Shown here: positions 29,407 to 38,875 of the stretch, piece after piece | Layout: each line of letters begins with the position of its first letter | Numbering within the stretch: the stretch's first letter is position 1 | Origin: an uncultured virus (IMG/VR IMGVR_UViG_3300046171_000167) | Taxonomy: Duplodnaviria > Heunggongvirae > Uroviricota > Caudoviricetes > Crassvirales | IMG/VR virus record: IMGVR_UViG_3300046171_000167 | Length of the DNA: 64,000 nt | Strand: one strand, 5' to 3' | Notes under the pieces: model-generated | The model's database searches: none | Told to the model about the DNA's origin: nothing | What the model saw: only the letters and a program-made list of their open reading frames with translations | Program-made: the position numbers and the translations under genes

Positions 29407-30624
29407 ATGGAAAACACAGAAAACAAAGCTGTAGTCGAAGAAGTTGTAGAACAAACAACTGATCAACCTACAGATGAAGTTAAAAAAGACGACGCACCGA
29501 AGCCTAAAAAGCCTAAAAAACTAGTTAAGGAAAATAGTGACGACGTAGATTTTAAAATTGATTTAAGAAAAAAACCAGAAGATGCCATTCAAGAGCAAAG
29601 CACAGATGACAGCGATGTTACTGTCGGAGAATCCGAAGACTCGCCAAGTAGCGAAGAAGTGGTTGAAGAAATACAAGACTCCGAACAAAATGAGCAAACC
29701 CCTCTTGAGGAAATAACAGAGGAAGAAGTTAAAGAACAAACAGAAGAATTAACAAACGAGGTTGAAGAAGCTATAGCAGAATCAAATGAAACTGGAGCGG
29801 ATCTACCTGAAAATATTCAGAAAGTTGTTGATTTTATAAATGACACAGGAGGCACTTTAGAGGACTATGTAAAACTTAATCAAGACTATTCTAAATTAAA
29901 CGAAACTCAATTATTAAAAGAATATTATGAGGTAAGCAAACCGTATTTAGATAGTGAAGACATTGATCTTTTGATGGAAGATTTCTCTTACGATGAAGAG
30001 TTAGATGAGCCGAAAGATATAAAGAAAAAGAAATTAGCTTTTAAAGAAGAAGTTGCAAAAGCAAAAAAAGAACTTGAAAGCAGAAAAACAAAATACTATG
30101 AAGAAATTAAAGCTGGCTCTAAATTAACAGATGAGCAAAAGAAGGCTGTAGATTTTTTCAATAGATATAATAAAGAAAGCGAGGAATCGTCTAAATTAGC
30201 TGAAAAGCAAAAAAATGTATTTTTAAATAAAACTAACGAAGTCTTTTCGAACGAATTTAAAGGTTTTGAATATTCAGTAGGAGACAAAAAGTATAGATTT
30301 AATGTTAAAAATGCAGATGAGGTTAAAACAAATCAAAGTGACATTAATAATTTTATTAAGAAGTTCTTAAACGAAAAAAATGAAATGTCCGATGCTAAAT
30401 CTTATCACAAATCTTTGTTTACAGCTATGAATCCTGATTTAATAGCCCAACACTTTTATGAGCAAGGTAAATCCGATGCTATGAAAGATAGTATGGCTCG
30501 AACTAAGAATGTAGATATGAATCCGAGAGGGGTTCATGAAAAAGTCTCTTCTTCTAACGGGTGGACTGTTAAAGCTATAAATGGGCAAGACACTTCCAAG
30601 CTGCGAGTAAAAATTAAAAAATAA
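29407..30624 (+). CDS. Acidic scaffold-like protein
   Basis: Very E/D-rich; lies between portal and capsid genes. Confidence 0.65.
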   Translation: MENTENKAVVEEVVEQTTDQPTDEVKKDDAPKPKKPKKLVKENSDDVDFKIDLRKKPEDAIQEQSTDDSDVTVGESEDSPSSEEVVEEIQDSEQNEQTPLEEITEEEVKEQTEELTNEVEEAIAESNETGADLPENIQKVVDFINDTGGTLEDYVKLNQDYSKLNETQLLKEYYEVSKPYLDSEDIDLLMEDFSYDEELDEPKDIKKKKLAFKEEVAKAKKELESRKTKYYEEIKAGSKLTDEQKKAVDFFNRYNKESEESSKLAEKQKNVFLNKTNEVFSNEFKGFEYSVGDKKYRFNVKNADEVKTNQSDINNFIKKFLNEKNEMSDAKSYHKSLFTAMNPDLIAQHFYEQGKSDAMKDSMARTKNVDMNPRGVHEKVSSSNGWTVKAINGQDTSKLRVKIKK

Positions 30625-30644
30625 CTAAAAAAAATTAAAAAATT

Positions 30645-32093
30645 ATGGCACTAGCTGGAACAGGGGCGGAATTAAACCACCTAACCCCAAGACCTATTAA
30701 GGGTCTATTCGGAGATAACTATTTGTCTTTGGCAGATATGGATTTCACACAACAGTTTTTACCTGAAGTATACGAAAAAGAAATCGAAAGATATGGAAAC
30801 AGAACTATCGGTGGATTTTTACGAATGGTAGGAGCTGAGATGCCTATGGCATCAGACAGAGTAGTATGGAGCGAACAAGGAAGATTACACATTGCATTTG
30901 ATGATTGTAGTGTTGATAACTCCTCTGCGACAACTACAGTAACTTTTGAAGACACTGCAAGTGGAGACTCAGGGGTTGCAAAATCAAAATTATTAGGAGT
31001 AGGGATGACTGTTATTATCGCTAAAGGTATTAGCGTTGTTAAAGCAAGAGTAGCTACTGCACCTGGTGATGGTACAATTACAGTAGCACCTTATGGAGCG
31101 GGTAATTTAAATGGATTAGGATCTGGATCATTAACAGATGTTAAGCTATTTGTATATGGATCTGAATTTGGAAAAGGAAGCGGAGATGTAGGAAACTCAA
31201 TTGACGCTAAGTTTACTCAATTCAGCAACAAGCCAATTATCTTAAGAGACAAGTACAATGTGAACGGATCTGATGTTGCGCAGATTGGTTGGGTTGAAGT
31301 AACTACTGAATCTGGAACTTCTGGATACTTATGGTACTTAAAATCTGAGCATGAAGCAAGATTAAGATTTGAAGATCAACTTGAAATGTCAATGGTTGAA
31401 GCTGTAAAAGATGAAGGAAGTACTTCTGGATCTGCTGGGGCTGCAAACTTTGAGGGAACTGAAGGTTTATTTGCTGCTATTGAGTCAAGAGGTCTTGTTT
31501 ACAACGATGCTGACTTTGACGCTATTGCAGGAACTGCACCATACGCTCCAACTGGACTTGGTGAATTTGATAATATTTTAGCTGAATTAGACAAGCAAGG
31601 ATCTATTGAGGAAAACATGCTTTTCTTAGATAGAGCTACTTCTCTTTCTATTGATAATATGCTAGCTAAGCAGAACGCACCTTACGGTGGTGGTACTTCT
31701 TACGGTGTATTTGAAAACAGCGAAGATATGGCGTTAAATCTTGGATTTAATGGATTTAGACGAGGTTCTTATGATTTTTATAAAACTGACTGGAAATACT
31801 TAAACGATTCAACTACAAGAGGACTTGTTGGTGACGTAGAGGGTGTTTTAATACCTGCAGGTGTTTCTACAGTTTATGATCAAGGACTAGGTAAAAACAT
31901 TCAAAGACCATTCTTACACGTTCGATACAGAGCTTCTGAAGCGGACGACAGAAAGATGAAGTCTTGGGTGACTGGATCTGTTGGTGGAAACTACACTAGC
32001 GCAATTGATGAAATGAATGTACACTTCTTATCAGAAAGATGTCTGTGTGTTCAAGCGGCGAATAACTTCGTATTATTTAAAGCTACATCATAA
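30645..32093 (+). CDS. Major capsid protein
   Basis: 482 aa; WSEQGRLH and GLFAAIESRG; followed by a strong terminator; position after scaffold. Confidence 0.85.
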   Translation: MALAGTGAELNHLTPRPIKGLFGDNYLSLADMDFTQQFLPEVYEKEIERYGNRTIGGFLRMVGAEMPMASDRVVWSEQGRLHIAFDDCSVDNSSATTTVTFEDTASGDSGVAKSKLLGVGMTVIIAKGISVVKARVATAPGDGTITVAPYGAGNLNGLGSGSLTDVKLFVYGSEFGKGSGDVGNSIDAKFTQFSNKPIILRDKYNVNGSDVAQIGWVEVTTESGTSGYLWYLKSEHEARLRFEDQLEMSMVEAVKDEGSTSGSAGAANFEGTEGLFAAIESRGLVYNDADFDAIAGTAPYAPTGLGEFDNILAELDKQGSIEENMLFLDRATSLSIDNMLAKQNAPYGGGTSYGVFENSEDMALNLGFNGFRRGSYDFYKTDWKYLNDSTTRGLVGDVEGVLIPAGVSTVYDQGLGKNIQRPFLHVRYRASEADDRKMKSWVTGSVGGNYTSAIDEMNVHFLSERCLCVQAANNFVLFKATS

Positions 32094-32100
32094 CTATATT

Positions 32101-32152
32101 GTAAGGTTTACCCCTGATGAAACTTCGGGGGTAATTCTTACCTTTAACTTTT
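32101..32152 (+). terminator. Intrinsic terminator after the capsid gene
   Basis: GTAAGgtTTACCCCTGA-loop-TCGGGGGTAAttCTTAC then T-rich. Confidence 0.75.
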
Positions 32153-32167
32153 TAATTATATTATATC

Positions 32168-32980
32168 ATGGAAAATAAAGAAAAGGTTGCACCTAAGCAG
32201 CCAAAAAAGAAAATAGTTGTTGAAGAACAACAAGCACCAAAAAAACCAAGCTGGGAATTTAGAGATAGAATGTATTTCTTAAAGAATGAAAAACGTCCAT
32301 TAGTATTTACATTACCATCCAGACATACCGGTAGAAAACCACTTTTATGGTTTGATGAAAAAAACGGCATACAAAGAGAATTAAGATATGCTACAAACCA
32401 AAACTCTCCATTTGCAGACGAACAAAAGGGCACATCTACATTAGGTAGAATTATATTTAGAGATGGCCAATTGTTTGTACCAAAAAGTCAAATAGCTTTA
32501 CAAAAGCTTTTATCGCTATATCATCCATTAGCAAACGTATTATATTACGAATATAATCCAGTAAAAGAATCTGCAGATGAATTAGATTATATCAATTTAG
32601 AAATTGAGGCTTTGGTTACCGCTAAGCAATTAGAAATAGAACAAGTAGAAGCTATTTTAAGAGTAGAGATTGGTAGCAAAGTAGATAAACTAAGTAGCAG
32701 TGAATTAAAAAGAGATATTTTAGTATTTGCAAAAAGAAATCCAAAATTATTTATGGATTTAGCAAATGATGAAAATGTTGAATTAAGAAACATTGGTATA
32801 AAAGCGGCACAAATGGGTATTATTTCTCTATCGCCTGATCAAAGAACGTTCACGTATGGAGATACTAATAGAAAGTTAATGACTGTACCTTTTGATGAAC
32901 ACCCATATTCAGCTTTAGCTGCGTGGTTTAAAACAGATGAAGGAATGGAAGTTTACAAAACAATTATGAAAAGACTATAA
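32168..32980 (+). CDS. Conserved morphogenesis-module protein
   Basis: 270-aa ORF between capsid and ring genes. Confidence 0.75.
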   Translation: MENKEKVAPKQPKKKIVVEEQQAPKKPSWEFRDRMYFLKNEKRPLVFTLPSRHTGRKPLLWFDEKNGIQRELRYATNQNSPFADEQKGTSTLGRIIFRDGQLFVPKSQIALQKLLSLYHPLANVLYYEYNPVKESADELDYINLEIEALVTAKQLEIEQVEAILRVEIGSKVDKLSSSELKRDILVFAKRNPKLFMDLANDENVELRNIGIKAAQMGIISLSPDQRTFTYGDTNRKLMTVPFDEHPYSALAAWFKTDEGMEVYKTIMKRL

Positions 32981-32986
32981 AGTCAT

Positions 32987-33023
32987 CTTAGCGGTTGGGC
33001 CGCTTCGGTGGCCTAATCACTAT
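32987..33023 (+). terminator. Hairpin, probable terminator
   Basis: AGCGGTTGGGCCGC-TTCG-GTGGCCTAATCACT. Confidence 0.6.
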
Positions 33024-33037
33024 AAATAAATATAAAT

Positions 33038-33730
33038 ATGGCAGTAAGCGTAGACACGGTATATCAAAGAGTGCTTGCAATACTAAATAAAGAGCAAAGA
33101 GGTTATTTAACACCAGAGGAATACAACTTATTTGCTAATCAAGCACAATTAGATATATTCGAACAATATTTTTATGATATAAATCAATTTGATAGAATGC
33201 ATGGGAATAGTACAGAGTATTCGGACATGCTTAACCTGCTCAACGAAAAAATAAGTATTTTTCAAAAAACTAGTACATTATCATACTCTAACGATTATTA
33301 TCAAGAACCTACTGATTCGTATAGAATTGGCACACTTATATATAACGGTTCTGAAGCAGAAAGAGTTAATAATAATGAGTATCTATACATAAGCTCTACG
33401 CCCGTAGCAGCTCCTACTAATGATTTTCCTATATATACTAGAGACGAAAACGGTTTTAAGGTATTTGGCAGCGCTGAATTTGACGGAAGTCAAACAGTAA
33501 AATGTAATTATGTTAAAAAACCTGCAACTGTAATATGGAATTACACAATGGTTTTAGGTAACGCTCAATATACGGCTACTGGCACTCAAAATTTTGAATT
33601 GCACGATTCGGAAGAAACTGAATTAATAATTAAAATACTAGCTTTAGCCGGGTTGCTAGTTCAAGATTTAGGTGTTTACCAAGTGGCATCACAAGAAGAA
33701 GCTAAAGATATACAACAAGAAAAAGCATAA
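33038..33730 (+). CDS. Head-tail adaptor/ring protein
   Basis: NKEQRGYLTPEEYN...AQ and YVKKP...W, typical of crAss-like ring proteins. Confidence 0.65.
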   Translation: MAVSVDTVYQRVLAILNKEQRGYLTPEEYNLFANQAQLDIFEQYFYDINQFDRMHGNSTEYSDMLNLLNEKISIFQKTSTLSYSNDYYQEPTDSYRIGTLIYNGSEAERVNNNEYLYISSTPVAAPTNDFPIYTRDENGFKVFGSAEFDGSQTVKCNYVKKPATVIWNYTMVLGNAQYTATGTQNFELHDSEETELIIKILALAGLLVQDLGVYQVASQEEAKDIQQEKA

Positions 33731-33733
33731 TAA

Positions 33734-34642
33734 ATGGGACTATTAGACAATCAGACACAAGAGCAATATTATTTAGGCAATGACGGAACTCAGTTAAGTA
33801 ATGACGAGAGTTACGGGGCCTATCAATTTATTACGCTTAAAGACATTGTAAATAGTTTTATTGTTGCTTATGTAGGCGAGGATAAAATAATAAGCAAGGT
33901 TAAAAGATCAGACGTAGCCTTCCATGCTAAAAGAGCTATTCAAGAATTTAGCTATGATGTTTTTAAATCGGAAAAGTCGCAAGAAATTGAAGTACCTCCT
34001 TCTTTGCTAATGGCATTGCCTCAAGATTATGTAAACTATGTGCAATTTAGCTGGGTCGACAACAACGGTGTTGAACAATTAATATATCCGACTAAATACA
34101 CTAGTAACCCATTGCCTATTTTGCAAGATAATAATTATAATTATACTTTTGACAGCGATGGCAAATTATTAACAGCTAACGAATCTGAAACTTGGAAAAA
34201 ATACAAGTCTGCTCCGAATAGAAACGCTACATTAGAAAATAATAATAATGTAGACATGCTAGCAGAAAACCACCTCGGAAGAAGATATGGTTTAGATCCT
34301 GAAATATCTCAAACTAACGGTAATTTTTATATTGACCCAATTAAAAATATTATTCATTTTAGCTCTAATCTTGTAGGCTTAATTATAACAATTAAATATA
34401 TAAGCGATGGATTAGGCAATGACGCTGAAATGATAGTGCATAAATTTGCCGAAGAGGCTGTTTATAAGCACATAGCTCACTCTATTTTGTCTTCACGCGC
34501 AAATACACCAGAATACATAATAGGACGCTTTAAACGCGAAAAAACAGCAACTAAAAGAAACGCAAAACTTAGGTTATCAAATATAAAACTTAGCGAGTAT
34601 GCTCAAATAATGAGAGGAAAGTCTAAGCAAATAAAACATTAA
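33734..34642 (+). CDS. Ring/tail tubular structural protein
   Basis: LPQDYVNYV and YISDGL motifs; synteny. Confidence 0.65.
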   Translation: MGLLDNQTQEQYYLGNDGTQLSNDESYGAYQFITLKDIVNSFIVAYVGEDKIISKVKRSDVAFHAKRAIQEFSYDVFKSEKSQEIEVPPSLLMALPQDYVNYVQFSWVDNNGVEQLIYPTKYTSNPLPILQDNNYNYTFDSDGKLLTANESETWKKYKSAPNRNATLENNNNVDMLAENHLGRRYGLDPEISQTNGNFYIDPIKNIIHFSSNLVGLIITIKYISDGLGNDAEMIVHKFAEEAVYKHIAHSILSSRANTPEYIIGRFKREKTATKRNAKLRLSNIKLSEYAQIMRGKSKQIKH

Positions 34643-34644
34643 AT

Positions 34645-37600
34645 ATGCCTGAAATTAAAAATTTATTCACATCTGGGAGAATGAATAAAGACCTAGATGA
34701 AAGAATTATACCTAGCAATCAGTATAGAGACGCCTTAAATATACAAGTCTCTAGCTCAGAAGGAGCTGATGTGGGGGCAATTGAGAATATTTTAGGTAAT
34801 TCGGAACATATAAATAGTGCTTATAATCCAGACACTGGCGGTTATACACAATATGATCCTATAAGTGAAAAATTTGATCCTTATGGATTTTTATTAGGTG
34901 ACTCTAAAACTATAGGTGTAATACGATATGATAAAACCGAATGCATATATTGGTTTGTAACCTCTACAGCAACAAATGCTATTATAGAATATGATCAAAA
35001 AATAGATGTTGTTTCGCCTATACTAGTAGATAAAGCCAATGTTCTAAAGTTTTCTAAAGACAAATTAATAACGGGTATAAATATTATAGACGGCTTGTTA
35101 TTTTTTACAGACAATAATAGCGAGCCTAAATGTGTAAATATACAAAGATTTAAAGAAGCAGCAGCTTCAACGTCTAATGGATTTGTAAACCATACTGAAA
35201 TATACGGTAGAGATTTTTTAGAAGAAGATGTTACTGTAATTAAAAAGTCTCCATTAACTGCCCCGACGTTAGACATGGCCGCAAGTGCTTTTGGTAATGA
35301 CGTGCTAGGGACTGGGATAACACCTGTTACTACACAATATAATGTATCGGGTCTTACAAATTTTACTTACATACCGGACACCGTAGATGCCGCAGGAGAA
35401 ACTGACTCAATGCCAACACATGGGGAATATCAACAAAATGTAGATATTGACCCTAATTTTTATCAAAATAGTAATCTACCCTCAACTTTTGGCAACGGTA
35501 TTGATATAACTATAAATGCTCCAACAACTGCATGGACCACAGGTGATATAATATTATTAAAAGGGTCTTATACTAATGAATTTAATGAAACGTATAGTTA
35601 TCAAGTAAGAGCTCTAATAGTTAACTACGTTAATATTTCTGTTAAAATAAAGATTTTATCCCGATCTAATGATATTCAAGTATTTAGTACCCCTGTTATA
35701 TGGGAAGCTACGCTAGAAGAAAAAGAACCTTTGTTTGAATATGTCTTCCCAAGATTTGCATATAGATGGAAATATAAAGACAATCAATATTCCGCTTTTT
35801 CGCCTTTTACTGAGGTGGCTTTTATAGGCAGTCAATTTCAATATTTGTCTACGGATGGGTATAATGATGGTATGTCTAACAACATAAGAAAACTTATTAT
35901 TAAAAGTTTAACATGGGGAACAGAAGAGGTTACAGAATTAGATTTATTATATAAAGAGTCAAATAGCAATTTAGTTTATAAAGTAGAGACTTTAAAAAAA
36001 GAGGACTATATAGATAGCAATAATGATTTAATTAATGAATTTGAAATATTAAGCGAGATATTTAGTGCAGTAATAGAGAAAAACCAAATATTAAGACCTT
36101 GGGATAACGTGCCTAAAAAGGCTAAATCACAAGAAATTATAGCTAATAGAGTAGTATTTGGAAATTACGTTCAAAACTACAATGTAAACCCTGTAGGGTT
36201 AAATGCTTCAGTATTTAGTACACCTCACCCGGATCAAGACTCTGACACAATTTTAAATAATCCTGAAAAATCTATAAAAAGCATTAGAAAATATCAAGCC
36301 GGGGTTGTTTTTAAAGATGAATACGGAAGAGAAACGCCTGTTTTTACTGATAGTACAGCTGGTATAGATATTCCAATAGAGTTATCTGATGATTTAAACC
36401 AGATTCAAGTGCAGCCATCAGGAGATGCTCCTGACTGGGCGACTCACTATAAAATTTTTATAAAAGATATCTCAAATGAATATTATAACTTAGCTTTAGA
36501 TAGATTTTATCAAGCAGAAGACGGTAATATTTGGATTTCCTTCCCTTCTTCTGAAAGAAATAAAGTGACTGAAGACACTTACTTGATATTAAAAAAACAG
36601 CACGCAACCGCGGTAGCTGTCAATACTTTATTAAAGTATAAAATATTATCAATATCTAACGAGGCACCTACTTTTATAACAAGACGTAACAAGGCTGTCG
36701 CTAGAGCTACTGTAACAATTACCGCTAATTCACAACCCCAAGGCGATTCTTCGTTTTTTAAGTTCGAAGGCCCAAGCGCTGAATCAGACCCAATATTTGC
36801 GCAAGGATTTAATTCAAACGCATCTTTAAGAATAAGTAATGGTTCAAATTCTACTGCTACTTACGAAATACAATCAGGAGGACCAACTGGTACAGGCGAC
36901 GTGTATAGCGTAGCTTTACAGAAACCTTTAGGTAATGAAGCTTATTGGCTGAATGATTTGGGGAACGGGGATGAAATAACAATAGTTCTTTTTGAAGAAG
37001 AGGATAAAATTTTGCCTGAGCATAGTGGTAGGTTTTTTGTGAAAATAAATAGAGACTACGGTATTGAAGAAAATATAATAGACACGTTTCCTATTGTGGA
37101 GACTGACTACGGTATTAAAAATTCATTTAATGTATTATCTCACAAAAATCAAGGAAATGGTAACTCTAGCCAAGATGCAGTATGGAGAGATTTTGGTAAT
37201 ACAAGTGGGTCCTCAAGCAGAAGAAAGCCATGGGGCCATCAATGTCCCTGGAAATACCCCGGTGAGTGCTCTGATAAAACTAAATGGACGGTAGCAGTAC
37301 ACGGTTTAAAAAGAGATGATAGAAATAACCCGGCTAAATGGCTAGGAGGGGCTATGGAGGACTTAGATAAAGTTGGTACTTTAATAAGATTTGCGGACGC
37401 AAGCGGAAATGTTGGAAAAATATATACTATAAAAGAAACTGAAAGAGACTTTCAGCGAAGAGGTATGCGATCCAGTAATTCTAATTATACAAATTTTAGT
37501 AACGGGAGAAATGTTTGGAAAATTACCTTTGAGGAGTCTTATGAAGACTTTGACATATTTTCGAATAGAACAGGATCAAACCCTATAACTCAAATACAAA

Positions 37601-38874
37601 TATTAGAAAAGCTTATGACAGAAAGCAACGAAACACTGTCTAGTTCTAATCCAGCTATATTTGAAACAGAGCCTAAGGAAGCAATAGATTTAGATATATA
37701 CTATGAGGCTAGTGACGCTAAGCCTATAGCTGAATTTAATAATTCTCTTTTATTAAATTACCACAATGTATTTTCTTTTGGTAATGGAGCCGAATCTAAT
37801 AGAATAAGAGATGACTTTAATGCGGTTACCATAGATAAAGGAGTTAAAGCAAACTCCATACTAGACGAGCCGTATCAGGAAGAGCATAGGCCTAACGGAT
37901 TAATATTTTCACAAATATTTAATTCTATATCAGGTGTTAATAGATTAAACCAATTTGTACAAGCTTTACCTATAACAAAAGAATTAAATCCAGCGTATGG
38001 CTCTATACAAAAGTTGCATGCTAGGGATACTGATTTAATAACTTTATGTGAAGATAAATGTTTAAAAATACTAGCTCAAAAAGATGCCTTGTTTAATGCT
38101 GATGGTAAAACAAATGTTACTTCTAATACGAATGTTTTAGGGCAAGCTATGCCATATATTGGGGAATATGGAATAAGTAAAAATCCTGAAAGTTTTTCTT
38201 CTTATGGGTTTAGAGCATACTGGGCTGACAAAAATAGAGGGGTTGTTCTAAGGTTATCCAGAAACGGTATAGACGAAATTTCCGCACAAGGTATGTCTGA
38301 TTATTTTTCAGATAAAATGAAAACAGCTAATGAAATAATTGGGAGCTACGACGATTACTCTAATTGTTATAATATATCATTTAGTGACGAAACAGTCAGC
38401 TATAAGCAAGGGTTAGAAGGTTGGCCAACTAGAAAATCTTTTGTGCCAGAAATGGGTGTTTCTTTAAATAATACTTATTATACGTTTAAAGGCGCTAAAA
38501 TTTGGTCGCATGATAATGAAATAAGAAATAACTTTTATGGAACTCAGTATAAATCTAGCGTAAAGCTTATATTCAACGGAGAGCCGTCTAAAGTTAAAAA
38601 CTTTAAAACGTTGTCATATGAAGGCAGCAGCGGGTGGTCAACACCAACAATTCAAACAGATTTGCAAAATGGTAAAGTTCCTTCATATATTGCCAAAGAA
38701 GGTATATATTACAACTTTATAAAAGGGAAAGCTAACAGCTGGAATAATATAAAACAAACAGGAGGATTAGACTCTGCGGAATTTTCAACACAGGGTATTG
38801 ATGTGTTACAATCAACATCTGGAGACAATACACAAACAGAATTCACTTTAACTATATCAGAAAACAACGATTAA
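34645..38874 (+). CDS. Tail muzzle/stabilisation protein
   Basis: 1409 aa; MNKDLDER...YRDALN start and GEYGISKNPES beta-propeller-type region. Confidence 0.75.
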   Translation: MPEIKNLFTSGRMNKDLDERIIPSNQYRDALNIQVSSSEGADVGAIENILGNSEHINSAYNPDTGGYTQYDPISEKFDPYGFLLGDSKTIGVIRYDKTECIYWFVTSTATNAIIEYDQKIDVVSPILVDKANVLKFSKDKLITGINIIDGLLFFTDNNSEPKCVNIQRFKEAAASTSNGFVNHTEIYGRDFLEEDVTVIKKSPLTAPTLDMAASAFGNDVLGTGITPVTTQYNVSGLTNFTYIPDTVDAAGETDSMPTHGEYQQNVDIDPNFYQNSNLPSTFGNGIDITINAPTTAWTTGDIILLKGSYTNEFNETYSYQVRALIVNYVNISVKIKILSRSNDIQVFSTPVIWEATLEEKEPLFEYVFPRFAYRWKYKDNQYSAFSPFTEVAFIGSQFQYLSTDGYNDGMSNNIRKLIIKSLTWGTEEVTELDLLYKESNSNLVYKVETLKKEDYIDSNNDLINEFEILSEIFSAVIEKNQILRPWDNVPKKAKSQEIIANRVVFGNYVQNYNVNPVGLNASVFSTPHPDQDSDTILNNPEKSIKSIRKYQAGVVFKDEYGRETPVFTDSTAGIDIPIELSDDLNQIQVQPSGDAPDWATHYKIFIKDISNEYYNLALDRFYQAEDGNIWISFPSSERNKVTEDTYLILKKQHATAVAVNTLLKYKILSISNEAPTFITRRNKAVARATVTITANSQPQGDSSFFKFEGPSAESDPIFAQGFNSNASLRISNGSNSTATYEIQSGGPTGTGDVYSVALQKPLGNEAYWLNDLGNGDEITIVLFEEEDKILPEHSGRFFVKINRDYGIEENIIDTFPIVETDYGIKNSFNVLSHKNQGNGNSSQDAVWRDFGNTSGSSSRRKPWGHQCPWKYPGECSDKTKWTVAVHGLKRDDRNNPAKWLGGAMEDLDKVGTLIRFADASGNVGKIYTIKETERDFQRRGMRSSNSNYTNFSNGRNVWKITFEESYEDFDIFSNRTGSNPITQIQILEKLMTESNETLSSSNPAIFETEPKEAIDLDIYYEASDAKPIAEFNNSLLLNYHNVFSFGNGAESNRIRDDFNAVTIDKGVKANSILDEPYQEEHRPNGLIFSQIFNSISGVNRLNQFVQALPITKELNPAYGSIQKLHARDTDLITLCEDKCLKILAQKDALFNADGKTNVTSNTNVLGQAMPYIGEYGISKNPESFSSYGFRAYWADKNRGVVLRLSRNGIDEISAQGMSDYFSDKMKTANEIIGSYDDYSNCYNISFSDETVSYKQGLEGWPTRKSFVPEMGVSLNNTYYTFKGAKIWSHDNEIRNNFYGTQYKSSVKLIFNGEPSKVKNFKTLSYEGSSGWSTPTIQTDLQNGKVPSYIAKEGIYYNFIKGKANSWNNIKQTGGLDSAEFSTQGIDVLQSTSGDNTQTEFTLTISENND

Positions 38875-38875
38875 C

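Noticed and set aside
32101..32141. Hammerhead ribozyme (CTGATGA)
   Set aside because: No stem II plus GAAA core or cleavage-site stem; it is a simple terminator hairpin after the capsid gene.
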